Assembly (NCBI GenBank): GCA_963796685.1
Contig: CAWCMR010000009.1
Location: forward strand, 128,001 to 192,000
Direction: 5' to 3'
Source: an uncultured delta proteobacterium
Lineage (GTDB): Bacteria > Myxococcota_A > Polyangia > Fen-1088
DNA: 64,000 nucleotides
The position numbers and the translations under genes were made by a program. This document shows, piece by piece, positions 37,392 to 47,113 of the stretch. Within the stretch, counting starts at the first letter, position 1. Each line of letters starts with the position of its first letter. Below the pieces are notes generated by a model, which saw only the letters and a list, made by a program, of their open reading frames with translations, searched no databases and was not told the origin of the DNA.

Positions 37392-37899
37392 TCGTTTTGT
37401 GTCGAGCAGTGGCCTCAAGGCCTGAGTTCCATCATGTCGGCCTAGGGTTCTGCGCCCCGCTGGAACGCATGGAGAAACCAAGGGACGTATGCACGGGACA
37501 GGCAGGAGAATGCCAGGGTGCGTTGTGCGCACGGATGAACTATAATTGGACCGCGGCCGTGAAGGCGAAGGAGACACTGTGATGATGAGGTCCCTCGCGC
37601 TCGTCGGGTTGGCAGCAACCATGTTCTACTCGGGCTGTGCCCATGAAGGCCGGTGTGTTTGGGTCGACGGATCGGTGCGCACGGTGGCCGTCGATGCTCG
37701 GGCAGTTCGGGCGCGGCGGAACGTTCGGAAGAGCTACGCCGGAACCTGCAACAGATCACGCGTCCCTAGCCTCGGGTGCCGAGCAGCGACCTCCGCGGGC
37801 TGGTCCAGGACACGGCGGCCACGACGTTTTGCGTCCGCTGCGGCTTCCTGCTTGACTCGTAACCCTGACACTCTGGCGCCGTCCTGATATTCTGCTCCT

Positions 37900-40176
37900 G
37901 TGGCGTGCTTGTATTGCGGCGGAGCGCACCCGTCGGAAAACGGAAGCTGTCCGGCCCTGGGTCCGTGGGCCGGGCTGCAACCGTTGCCCTCGCTGGCGCC
38001 GGGGCAGATCCTGGAGGGCAAGTACAGGATCGTTCGCGAGCTAGGCCGCGGCGGCATGGGCGTGGTTCACGAGGCGCTGCACGTGACCTTGGGCCGCCGG
38101 ATTGCCGTGAAGACCCTGCTGGCCGGAGCGGGCCAGGACCCTGACCTGGCGGCGCGGTTCGAACGCGAAGCGCGTGCCGCCAGTGCCATCGGGCATCCCC
38201 ATATCGTCGACGTCTTCGATCTCGGCCGCACGCCCGAGGGCCTGCTCTTCATGGCCATGGAGCTCCTGGATGGCAGACCGCTCGCGGCTCTGCTCGAGGA
38301 GACGCCATCCCTTCCGATTCCGCTCGCGCTGGATCTGGCTGGCCAGATGCTGTCCGGGCTGGCTGCTGCGCACCGGAACGGCATCGTTCACCGCGATCTC
38401 AAACCCGAGAACATCTTCATCCTCAATACGCAAGACCGGCCGAGCTTCGTCAAGATCGTGGACTTTGGCATTTCGAAGATCCTCGTCCATGCGGCGCACG
38501 GGCAGCGCGCGGCAAGGCAAGGCCCCGGAACCGCGGTGGGAACGATCCTCGGGACTCCGCTTTACATGTCCCCCGAACAAATCCTCGGCCAGGTGGCCCG
38601 CATCGACCATCGCACGGACATCTACTCGGCCGGCGTAGTGCTGTACGAGATGCTGTGCGGCCGCACGCCCTTCGAAGGCGAGAGCCACGCCAAGATCTTC
38701 GCCAGCATTCTCGACGGCTGGTATCCCCTGCCGCACGATCTGCGCCGCGATATTCCGGCGAACGTCGATGCCGCCATCGTGCGCGCGCTCGATCGCGACA
38801 TGGACAAGCGCTTTGCCAGCGCCGCCGACATGCGCGAAGCCGTGACGGGCCGGAGCGCGGATGTGACGCCATCTCCACAATTGCTTTCCGGTCCGTTTGC
38901 AACACAACCTGCCACCCTTCGTCAGCCGAGCAGCGTGCAACGCGGGGATCCCTTCGCGCCTCTTCCCGACCAGGCCTCCATTCCTCTTCTGCCGCGCGAT
39001 CTCGAACACCCGCTGGCCGATGCCGTTCCCCAGGCCAGTCCGCCCCTCGAGCTGGCCCGGCCCGTGCGGGCCAGCGCATCGGCCATGCCCCGCCGCCAGT
39101 TGTCGCAAGCGTCCGCGCGCCCTCCACGAATGGGAGCACGCGTTGGTCTCGCGCTGGGGCTGGTCGCGCTGATCGTCGGCGCGCGCGTCGCCCATACTTA
39201 CCTTCGCTCGTCCGGTGGAAAGAACGCGCCGGTCGCGGCGCAAGCGCAACACAAGGTGACGCTTGCGCTGGATCCCTCGGACGCCACGGTGCAGATCGAC
39301 CACCTGCCGGCCGTGACAGACGACCTCTTTCTCGACGCGAGCAAGTCCCACGTTCTTCAGGCAACGGCGCCCGGACGCATCTCCCGCAGCTTCGCCTTCG
39401 AGGCCAAATCGGGACTGGAGCTCTCGGTTCATCTCGGCCGCGCCCTCGCACTTCCTTTACCTGCCGACCCTGGACCCTCGCCCGGTGAATTGGCGGCGCA
39501 CAGCCCTGCGAATCCGGCGTCGCGAGACGAGCTCAACCACGCCTTCGCGAAGCTGGAACGCTATGACGGATGCCTGATGCTGTTGGGCCACGCGGACAGA
39601 CAAGCACGAAAGGCCGGCAATTCGGCCGGCCCGAGCAACAGCGACATGAGCGGCTGCGTCCAGCTTCTCGACGAGGCGAGCACCTTGGCGCCCGTGATGT
39701 TCCAGCTGCATGCCGCGGGCGTGGCCTATGTACGAGGCGTGCAAAGCGCACAGAGTCCGGCGGCGCTGCACAAGCTGCTCGCGTCGTTTCGTGGGGAATT
39801 TCTCGCCGAGCGCGCTCGCTGGCAGATGGAAGAGCTTTCGCGCCAGGAGAAGGACGAAGGTCGAACGGCGGGGTGGCACATGCGCCAGCTGGCCCTGGCC
39901 GCGCAGGCCTGGTTGCGCCAGGGCAAGGCCGCTTCGCTGTCCACGCGAGGAATCAAGGAGATGCAGGCCAAGCTCGACCAAGCTTACCAAGCCTTGCTGT
40001 CATTTGCCCAGCGTTCCCCCAAGGAGCTGGCACGGGTAGCGGGCGCGGCTGCATTCATGAAGGCCGCCGAGGACGTGGTCGCGCTGGCACAAGGCGAATC
40101 CGATAAGCGGCGAGGAGCTGCGCTTGCAGCCTGCTCGCAGCTCCTCGCGGCGTTCAACGTGCTCGTCGTCGAGTAG
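37900..40176 (+). CDS. Membrane-anchored Hanks-type Ser/Thr protein kinase
   Basis: GRGGMG, AVK, HRDLKPEN, DFG, GTPLYMSPEQ; N-terminal CxxC..H..C; TM followed by a PEGA-like and a helical extracytoplasmic region. Confidence 0.93.
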   Translation: MACLYCGGAHPSENGSCPALGPWAGLQPLPSLAPGQILEGKYRIVRELGRGGMGVVHEALHVTLGRRIAVKTLLAGAGQDPDLAARFEREARAASAIGHPHIVDVFDLGRTPEGLLFMAMELLDGRPLAALLEETPSLPIPLALDLAGQMLSGLAAAHRNGIVHRDLKPENIFILNTQDRPSFVKIVDFGISKILVHAAHGQRAARQGPGTAVGTILGTPLYMSPEQILGQVARIDHRTDIYSAGVVLYEMLCGRTPFEGESHAKIFASILDGWYPLPHDLRRDIPANVDAAIVRALDRDMDKRFASAADMREAVTGRSADVTPSPQLLSGPFATQPATLRQPSSVQRGDPFAPLPDQASIPLLPRDLEHPLADAVPQASPPLELARPVRASASAMPRRQLSQASARPPRMGARVGLALGLVALIVGARVAHTYLRSSGGKNAPVAAQAQHKVTLALDPSDATVQIDHLPAVTDDLFLDASKSHVLQATAPGRISRSFAFEAKSGLELSVHLGRALALPLPADPGPSPGELAAHSPANPASRDELNHAFAKLERYDGCLMLLGHADRQARKAGNSAGPSNSDMSGCVQLLDEASTLAPVMFQLHAAGVAYVRGVQSAQSPAALHKLLASFRGEFLAERARWQMEELSRQEKDEGRTAGWHMRQLALAAQAWLRQGKAASLSTRGIKEMQAKLDQAYQALLSFAQRSPKELARVAGAAAFMKAAEDVVALAQGESDKRRGAALAACSQLLAAFNVLVVE

Positions 40177-40226
40177 CGGTAGATTCAGAAGCCAGGAAGG
40201 ACGTCGGCGGACTGGTGGCAATTCGG

Positions 40227-42530
40227 TTACGGCAGGATCGTGATGACTTGACAGTTGCCATCGCAGTCCTGTCCAGGCTGGCCATTGTCGGGCCCGAGAT
40301 CGCACTGCTCGCCAAAGGAAGAGTCCACGTTCCCGTCCCCGCAATAGGGCGGCGTTCGGCAACCCGGCGCGCAACCGGTCGCCATGCCGTAGGTCGACAG
40401 GTTGACCCCATCGTCGCATTGTTCGGGTGGGTTCTGCACGACGCTGTCGCCACAGCGGGGCGGCAAGGTGCAGTCCGGGTTGCAGGTTCCGTAGGCACCG
40501 GTGTTGTTCGCGGCACCGAGGTCGCACGCCTCTCCGCGCGTGACGATGCCGTCGCCGCAAACGCCCTGGCAGACGCTCTTCGGGGCGTTGAACCCGCTTA
40601 GGGTCAGCTTGTAGTTGGAGCCGATCACGTGGCGCTCGGCCTGGAAAACGGCGATCTCGTAGATGTTGCCGGCCACCAACCCGAAGCCGCCCGCCACCGT
40701 CGTGCAGTCCGACGGCGCCGGCGTGTCGCACACCGCCTGACCCGCGCACGCCGGCGACGTGTCGTCGACGCAGACCTGGGTGTTGGCGCCGTCGAGCGTG
40801 ACGACGCCGCGCAGCTCACCGTGGATGCCGCCGAGATCGACGGAGAGCTGACCGTCTACGAACACCCACACGTCGTCGTCGCCGCGGAACTCGAGTTGCT
40901 CGCCACCGTTGTACTGAAACCAGTAATGCGTCTCGCTCGTGAAGCTGAAATTGTGAACCAAGGTGGGATTGGTGGCCGGGTAGCTGATGTCGCCGAAGCC
41001 CTGGCCGTCGATTGGGAAGAACGCCGAGCTGTAGTACTGGTAGGTGCCGGCGCTGATCTGGCTCAGGGTCAGCGTGCTCTGGATGGTAATACGCATGACG
41101 GCTGGGTTCGCCGCGTCCACGGCGGCGTTGCCCGTGGCATTCGGATCGTCGGTGTACCACTGCGCGTAAGCCTGTGCGATCTGGTCCGTGGTGGTCAGCG
41201 ACGCTGGCGTATTGCTGGCACTCTTGGTGTAGAAGGTGGCCCCGGTTGCATCGCTCATGACAGCTCCGGTGGTGTCCATGGGCGGTCCGTCCATGGTCCA
41301 TGGCCGGCCCAGCGAGGTGCCGGCATTGCTACCGACGTACGACGGGTTGTACACCGGCTTGCCGTTCACTCCAATGGCGCTGCTGGCGATGCCTGCCTGC
41401 CGCCGGATGTAAACGGGATCGACTTCGAACTGCGGGTGGTGCCAATTGAAGTCGCGGTAGAGGATAGGCACGGTCAGCGAGGAGCCGAGCGCCGGCTCTG
41501 TTGCCGTGCAGGCGTACCCGGGCTCGATGGTGCAGGTCGACGAGCAACCGTCGCCGTCTTGGTTGTTGCCGTCGTCGCACGCCTCGTCGGGCATCTTGAT
41601 ACCGTCGCCGCACACCGAGAAGCACTGGTAGGACTGGGTAATGTCGTCGTTCGGGTATCCGCACTTCGGCTCGTTCGTGCAGGTCGGCGAGCAGCCATCG
41701 AACGGTACGGTGTTGCCGTCGTCGCACTGCTCGGTCCCTTCCTTCTTCCCGTCGCCACATACCGTCGGATAGCACTCGGTCGACAGCGCCGTCGGATGCC
41801 ACTGGTCGGGCCCGCAGGCATAGCCCGTTTCGAGTTGGCAGGTCGATGAGCAGCCGTCGCCAGAGACCGTGTTGCCATCGTCGCACTGCTCGGCGCCGGC
41901 CACGATGCCGTCTCCGCAGGCTGCGGCAACGCACGCAGCATCGAGCACGGGACAGGTCCACCCTGGTTCGAGTTGGCAGGTCGAGCTACACCCGTCACCC
42001 GAAACGGTGTTTCCGTCGTCGCATTGCTCGGTCCCGCTGATTCTGCCGTCCCCACAGCGTACGGTGGAAACGCACGGTTGTCCGGCCACCGGGCAGACGT
42101 AGTCGGACTCGACGATGCACTGCGGGTTGCAGCCGTCGCCAGCCTTGGTGTTCCCGTCGTCACACCCTTCGCCCTTGTCGAGGATGCCGTTGCCACAACA
42201 CGACCCGGCGTCGGTCTCCAAACAGGCCGGCGCGACGTCGGCAGCCGTGCCTGCATCAGGCAGCGTGATAGTGACGTCTGTGCTCCCGCCGGTGCCCTGA
42301 TTGGCGCCACCACCGGCGGCTCCGCCTCCTCCGGCTCCACCTCCTCCGCTCCCTCCTGCACCGCCTCCCCCACCAACGACTCCGACCTGGGAGCTGCAGG
42401 CAACCAGGCAAGAACCAAGGCAGATTGCAATCCGCTTGCTGGCCAGACGCAAGGCGGTGCGATTCGGCAGCGAGGAGGCAAATGCCATCCATCGCGAGCT
42501 TGTGCTGTGACAGATCGAGTTGGTTCGCAT
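40227..42530 (-). CDS. Lipoprotein with myxobacterial Cys-rich repeats (DUF4215) and a fibro-slime/PA14-like domain
   Basis: Lipobox LVAC; repeated CGDG....EQCDDGN...GDGCS..C; YRDF, FFPIDG, HNFSFTSE, FRGDDDVWVF.DG.L.VDLGGIH, FQAERH..GSNYKLTL. Confidence 0.9.
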   Translation of the reverse strand: MRTNSICHSTSSRWMAFASSLPNRTALRLASKRIAICLGSCLVACSSQVGVVGGGGGAGGSGGGGAGGGGAAGGGANQGTGGSTDVTITLPDAGTAADVAPACLETDAGSCCGNGILDKGEGCDDGNTKAGDGCNPQCIVESDYVCPVAGQPCVSTVRCGDGRISGTEQCDDGNTVSGDGCSSTCQLEPGWTCPVLDAACVAAACGDGIVAGAEQCDDGNTVSGDGCSSTCQLETGYACGPDQWHPTALSTECYPTVCGDGKKEGTEQCDDGNTVPFDGCSPTCTNEPKCGYPNDDITQSYQCFSVCGDGIKMPDEACDDGNNQDGDGCSSTCTIEPGYACTATEPALGSSLTVPILYRDFNWHHPQFEVDPVYIRRQAGIASSAIGVNGKPVYNPSYVGSNAGTSLGRPWTMDGPPMDTTGAVMSDATGATFYTKSASNTPASLTTTDQIAQAYAQWYTDDPNATGNAAVDAANPAVMRITIQSTLTLSQISAGTYQYYSSAFFPIDGQGFGDISYPATNPTLVHNFSFTSETHYWFQYNGGEQLEFRGDDDVWVFVDGQLSVDLGGIHGELRGVVTLDGANTQVCVDDTSPACAGQAVCDTPAPSDCTTVAGGFGLVAGNIYEIAVFQAERHVIGSNYKLTLSGFNAPKSVCQGVCGDGIVTRGEACDLGAANNTGAYGTCNPDCTLPPRCGDSVVQNPPEQCDDGVNLSTYGMATGCAPGCRTPPYCGDGNVDSSFGEQCDLGPDNGQPGQDCDGNCQVITILP

Positions 42531-42604
42531 CGGCGGGTGCTCCTGGCTAGCGGCTCGGACAGTCCGGATACCTTCTTTGTGCCCCGAGCCTGGCTATTGT
42601 TGAA

Positions 42605-42620
42605 TGCAGAATTCAGACCG
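42605..42620 (-). promoter_or_regulatory. Possible sigma54 -24/-12 promoter
   Basis: Minus strand cGGtctgaattctGCa (GG-N10-GC), ~75 nt upstream of the start. Confidence 0.35.
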
Positions 42621-42754
42621 AGCGCGGCGGAGCGCAGGCACGGCGGAGGAACCAGGTGCTGATTCCTCGTCCCATATTTCCGCCAGCCTTGAACCCCACC
42701 ACGTGGTGCAAGTCGAAAAATGGCCAAGTCGGCAGATCCACGCCGTTCCCTGCC

Positions 42755-45325
42755 CTACTGAATGACGTAGTTGCACTGGCTGTCGCACGGCTGTCCTGGC
42801 TGGCCATTGTTGGCGCCCAGGTCGCATTGCTCGCCTAGGTTGGTGTCGACGATGCCATCGCCGCAGTAGTGGGGCTTGGTGCAGCCGATCGTGCATCCGG
42901 AGGAACCCAGGGTGGTGTCCCCATTCTGCTTGCCGAGGTCGCAGTCCTCGGGTGGACTCTGCACGGTACCGTCGCCGCAGAATGGTCCGAATTTGCACTG
43001 GGTCGTGCAACCGCCGTAGGTGGAGTCGTTGTTCGGGCCGGAGCAACCCGAGGGCGTTGGCACCGAGCCGTCGCCACAGTCGCACTCCTCGCCGCCGGAT
43101 ACGATTCCATCCCCGCAGCGTGGGGTGCAGATCGATCGCTTGGTGGTGTAGCCATTGAGGGTGAGCTGGTAGTTGGATTCGGGTGGGTGACGGTCGCCGC
43201 CGAAGATGGCGATCTCGTAGACCTTGCCGGTGTTGAGGCCCAAGGGGACCGTGCGGACCCGGAAGTCATCCGGTGTCGTGGCGGTGGGAGGGGTGGTGTT
43301 GGTCGGGGAGCAGGCACTCGAGCCCACGGTGACACCGGTGATGTTGCCGGCTGCATCGAGGCACCCGCCTTCCGTCACCTGCGCGTCACCCGGATCGCCC
43401 GTGACGACCACCTTGCCGGGCAACTGCTGATGAACGCTGCCCAAATCGAGGACGAGGACGCCGTTGATGAAGATATAGAGATCGTCGTCGCCGAAGAACT
43501 GGAGCGTGATACCATTGGTGCCGTCGTAGACGAAGTAGTAACGCGCCTCGTCCGTAAAGTAGGAGTCGTGCTTGACGCCCGGGATTGCGGTGACCCAGCA
43601 GCCGTTGCTGAGCGGGTTCTGATTCGGGCAATCGGATTGAACGACGCGAGGTGGGAATAAATATTGATCGCCGGTGCAAGTGCTCCAGATGGGCGTCTTG
43701 CCGTCGCTCCTGTTCCAATACGGCCACAGGTTGCACAAGGTTGCTTCGCTGGGATTCAGGGTATCGAGGGGGAAGAAGCCCCCTTGGGCCAAATGCGACG
43801 TGCTGGCGTACTGGTAGATGTTGGTACCGATCGACGGCATCTCGAGCACCGACGTGAAGGTCTGGTTGACCGTGCTATCGTCGTTCCACCACTGCGAGAA
43901 GCTCTTGGTGCTGGAGTAGGTGGGGACCATGACCCCCTTCACAATCGGCCCGCCAGGGGAGCCCGTCGTATAGGCGGTCACCGACGGAATATAGCCGCCG
44001 TTTCCGTTGGACAGAGGACTGTCGTTGTTGGCCTGGGTGTACCCACCCGGGATATGGCTTGAATTGCTGATGTTCCAGTCGCTGAATTGACATGTGCAGG
44101 TCGTGGTAGGTCCCGGTTGCGGTTTGCCATTGAGCAAGTTGGGAGCCACGATGCCCCAGCAACGGGCCGTCGAATCGTTGCCCTTCGCCGGACCGCCGGA
44201 ATTGGGGACGCAGATGGTCTTGTTGCCGCTCGCGTCCTTGGAACCGTAGAAGTAGAAATCCGGATGACCGTCCGGGGTCAGGTTCTGGGGTTTGAAGTCG
44301 CGGTAGATGATGGGCAATTCGAGACACTGCCCGGTCGTCTGCGTGCAAGGTGAGGAGTCCTGGTAGGTCTTGGTCGTGCAAGTGAAACCGTCCTCTTTCG
44401 TGCAGTGCGAGGAGCACCCATCACCGTCGGCCAGATTGCCGTCGTCGCAGTCTTCCCCCGGATCCAAGTTGCCGTCGCCGCAGGTCGAGGTGCAGGCCTG
44501 GGTCTTGCCGCTGCTGTCCTGGCAAGTCGGCTCTTTCGTGCAGGTCTTCGAGCACCCCTTGCCGTCTCCGTAGAAGAGCCCGTTGACCGCCTTGCAACCG
44601 CTGGGAAGATTCTTGGGGTCGGTGCCGCAGTCACACAGCTCGCCGGTTTCCAGCTTGCCGTTCCCGCACACGGACTGGATACAGGGCTGTCCGAGTGTCG
44701 GGCAGGTGTAGCCTGGCTCGATTTGGCACGTGCTCGAGCAGCCGTCGCCGCTGGCGTCGTTGCCGTCGTCGCAGTTCTCCGAGCCTTTGAGCTGGCCGTC
44801 TCCGCACTTGGGGGTGCACGCCTTGCCCGGCACGCGACACACATAGCCGTCCTCGACGGTCTTGCAGTCTCCCGAGCAACCATCGCCACTGACCGTGTTA
44901 CCGTCGTCGCAGGTCTCGTCGGAGGTCAAGACTCCGTTGCCACACGCCGCGAGATTCGTGCAGGGCTGCCCAGGCGTCCTGCATACGTAGTTGGCTTCGA
45001 GCTGGCAAAGCGCATTGCATCCGTCGCCGCTCGTCGTGTTTCCATCATCGCACTGCTCGCCCGAGTCCAAGCTGCCATTTCCGCAACTTGCCTTCGAACC
45101 GACGGTCACGGTGGTGAGCGTGAGGCCGCCGGTGCCGCCGCCGCCCGAGACGCCGCCGCCGCCCTTGCCACTGCCACCATGGCCCGAGTTTCCAGCAACA
45201 GACGGGCCGATGGTGCCGCCGGATTGGCAGGCATGCCCGCCAAGCAGAAAGACTGCTCCAAGCAGCAGCGTCGGAGAAAGAGCTTTTGTCGTCGCGATGA
45301 TGGGAGAAGAACCTATGGTTGTCAT
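42755..45325 (-). CDS. Second DUF4215-repeat/fibro-slime lipoprotein (tandem paralog)
   Basis: Lipobox GHAC; CGNG..EQCDDGN repeats; YRDF, HPDF, FFPLD, FFGDDDLYIFING.L.LDLGSVH, GDRHPPESNYQLTL. Confidence 0.9.
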   Translation of the reverse strand: MTTIGSSPIIATTKALSPTLLLGAVFLLGGHACQSGGTIGPSVAGNSGHGGSGKGGGGVSGGGGTGGLTLTTVTVGSKASCGNGSLDSGEQCDDGNTTSGDGCNALCQLEANYVCRTPGQPCTNLAACGNGVLTSDETCDDGNTVSGDGCSGDCKTVEDGYVCRVPGKACTPKCGDGQLKGSENCDDGNDASGDGCSSTCQIEPGYTCPTLGQPCIQSVCGNGKLETGELCDCGTDPKNLPSGCKAVNGLFYGDGKGCSKTCTKEPTCQDSSGKTQACTSTCGDGNLDPGEDCDDGNLADGDGCSSHCTKEDGFTCTTKTYQDSSPCTQTTGQCLELPIIYRDFKPQNLTPDGHPDFYFYGSKDASGNKTICVPNSGGPAKGNDSTARCWGIVAPNLLNGKPQPGPTTTCTCQFSDWNISNSSHIPGGYTQANNDSPLSNGNGGYIPSVTAYTTGSPGGPIVKGVMVPTYSSTKSFSQWWNDDSTVNQTFTSVLEMPSIGTNIYQYASTSHLAQGGFFPLDTLNPSEATLCNLWPYWNRSDGKTPIWSTCTGDQYLFPPRVVQSDCPNQNPLSNGCWVTAIPGVKHDSYFTDEARYYFVYDGTNGITLQFFGDDDLYIFINGVLVLDLGSVHQQLPGKVVVTGDPGDAQVTEGGCLDAAGNITGVTVGSSACSPTNTTPPTATTPDDFRVRTVPLGLNTGKVYEIAIFGGDRHPPESNYQLTLNGYTTKRSICTPRCGDGIVSGGEECDCGDGSVPTPSGCSGPNNDSTYGGCTTQCKFGPFCGDGTVQSPPEDCDLGKQNGDTTLGSSGCTIGCTKPHYCGDGIVDTNLGEQCDLGANNGQPGQPCDSQCNYVIQ

Positions 45326-45389
45326 TGGGCGCAACCTCCGCGGTGCAAGTGTGCAGGCGATTCACGAAGACCGTATTCTGGAGTCTCCC

Positions 45390-45405
45390 TGCAAAGTTGG
45401 TACCG
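45390..45405 (-). promoter_or_regulatory. Possible sigma54 -24/-12 promoter
   Basis: Minus strand cGGTACcaactTTGCa compared with the consensus TGGCAC-N5-TTGC. Confidence 0.45.
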
Positions 45406-45517
45406 CAGAGGAAGGAAACTCAGTCATCCGGAATAGATGATGCGTGTTGGGAGCTTGGTCGGAACGACCACCTTCGCGCTCCCGGCTCGCGTGTACGCTG
45501 CCACCCTGACCTGAAAC

Positions 45518-45573
45518 CACCTCGCCCCGCGAGGCGAGGAGAGGTCGCCGAGCGCAGCGAGGCGGGTGAGGGG
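45518..45573. repeat. REP-like palindromic half-unit
   Basis: cacctcgccccgcga.gcg.ggagaggtcg...gggtgagggg, similar to 9388-9443. Confidence 0.75.
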
Positions 45574-45678
45574 CTGTCACGTTCACACCTGAAGGATCCG
45601 GGCCTTTGTCCCGGTGGCGTTACTGAGACGGAAAGGGCGCGACCTGAGCGCGCACCCTCGATCGAAAGTCCCGGCTCA

Positions 45679-45872
45679 GCGGCAAAACGCCGCACCTGCA
45701 GCGGCAGACCACCGCGCCAAGCCTCAGCTCTCGGCGTGCGTCGGCCTAGATGCTGCGCGGGGCAATCTGCCCCAGGCCGCTGCTGGGGATGCGTGAAGAT
45801 CGAAAAGCCGCTCGGCTCTCGTGATCGAGCAACCCCGCCTGTAACCTGCCCCGGAACGGCACGCTCATTGCG
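45679..45872 (+). promoter_or_regulatory. sigma54 promoter with three candidate upstream activator sites
   Basis: cGGCACGctcaTTGCg at 45857-45872; 15-bp pseudo-palindromes gcggcaaaacgccgc (45679), gcggcagaccaccgc (45701) and ggggcaatctgcccc (45759). Confidence 0.7.
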
Positions 45873-45980
45873 TAGGCGGCGGTCATGTGCTGGATCCATG
45901 TCCGTGCTGCCTCCTTGGGAACCCTCGAAGCTCGTCCTGGGAGTGGCATCAGGTCGAGAGGCGAGCGTGTAGCTTGGCCC

Positions 45981-47111
45981 ATGAAGAGTCGTTTGCTCCT
46001 CGTTCTCGCGCTCCATCTCGGGGGCGCGTGTCGAAACAGTCCGGTTCGACAGAATTCGATGGATCGACCTTCCGGCGAAATCTGGCTCCGGCACGATCAG
46101 GTGGTTGCGGCCCAATTGGTTGTCGAACCGCTCGCCTTGCAGCCGATCGGCGGCTTGGTGGTGACCAGCGGTCATGTGACCTTCGATGACCTGAAGGTGG
46201 CGCACGTGATGAGCCCGGTCACGGGACGCGTGATTCGCATCGACGCCCAACCGGGCCAGCACGTCAAGAAGGGCGACACGCTTGCCGTCATCGAGTCGCC
46301 GGACGTGGGCAGCGCGTTCTCGGACCTTGAAAAGGCACAGGCGGATGCCATTTCCACGGAGAAGGACTTCAAGAGGCAGAAGGAGCTGTTTGATGTGCAC
46401 GCCGGTTCGCAACGCGACCTCGAAGCCGCGCAAGGCAGCTTCGCCAAGGCGAAGGCGGAGCTTCAGCGGTCGAGGAGAAAGGCGCAGCTTCTGCGCGCCG
46501 GGGGCGCAAGCGCGGTCGAGCAAAGCTATACCTTGCGGGCTCCCATCGGTGGCGAGGTCATCGCGCGCAACGTGAACCCCGGCGCGGAAGTACAGGGACA
46601 ATACACCGGAGGCACCCTCCTCGAGCTGTTCACCATTGGCGAGCTGGATACCGTGTGGGTCATGGCGGATCTGTTCGAAATGGATCTCGGACGTGTCAAA
46701 CCCGGGGATGCGTGTCTGGTCAAGGTGGTCGCCTATCCCGATCGCCTCTTCCATGGCATCGCGGATTGGGTCTCCGACACGATCGATCCGGCCACGCGCA
46801 CCGCCAAGGTTCGCTGCAAGCTGGGCAATGCGGATCGCGCCCTCAAACCCGAAATGTACGCCACGGCCGCCCTGGCGGTGGATCGGCAGAGCGCTCTAGC
46901 GCTCCCGCGCAGCGCGATCCTGCACTTGGGTGATAAAACCATGGCATTCGTCGACCTGGGCAACGCACCCGATGGACGGCTGCGCTTCCAGCGCAGGCTG
47001 GTCTCGGTCAACGAAGGATTGAGTGGCCTCTATCTGCCGGTCGTTCGTGGCATCGCGGCGGGTGAGCGCGTGGTCACCTCCGGGGCCATCCTGCTTTCCG
47101 GGCTGATCTGA
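45981..47111 (+). CDS. CzcB-like RND periplasmic adaptor (lipoprotein)
   Basis: Lipobox GGAC; SPVTGRV, LRAPIGGEV, VWVMADLFE.DL, DPATRTAKVR, LKPEMYA. Confidence 0.9.
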   Translation: MKSRLLLVLALHLGGACRNSPVRQNSMDRPSGEIWLRHDQVVAAQLVVEPLALQPIGGLVVTSGHVTFDDLKVAHVMSPVTGRVIRIDAQPGQHVKKGDTLAVIESPDVGSAFSDLEKAQADAISTEKDFKRQKELFDVHAGSQRDLEAAQGSFAKAKAELQRSRRKAQLLRAGGASAVEQSYTLRAPIGGEVIARNVNPGAEVQGQYTGGTLLELFTIGELDTVWVMADLFEMDLGRVKPGDACLVKVVAYPDRLFHGIADWVSDTIDPATRTAKVRCKLGNADRALKPEMYATAALAVDRQSALALPRSAILHLGDKTMAFVDLGNAPDGRLRFQRRLVSVNEGLSGLYLPVVRGIAAGERVVTSGAILLSGLI

Positions 47112-47113
47112 CC

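Noticed and set aside
37580-37887. Small lipoprotein-like ORF (MMRSLALVGLAATMFYSGC)
   Set aside because: The lipobox is plausible but the remainder looks frameshifted or non-protein-like; support is insufficient.
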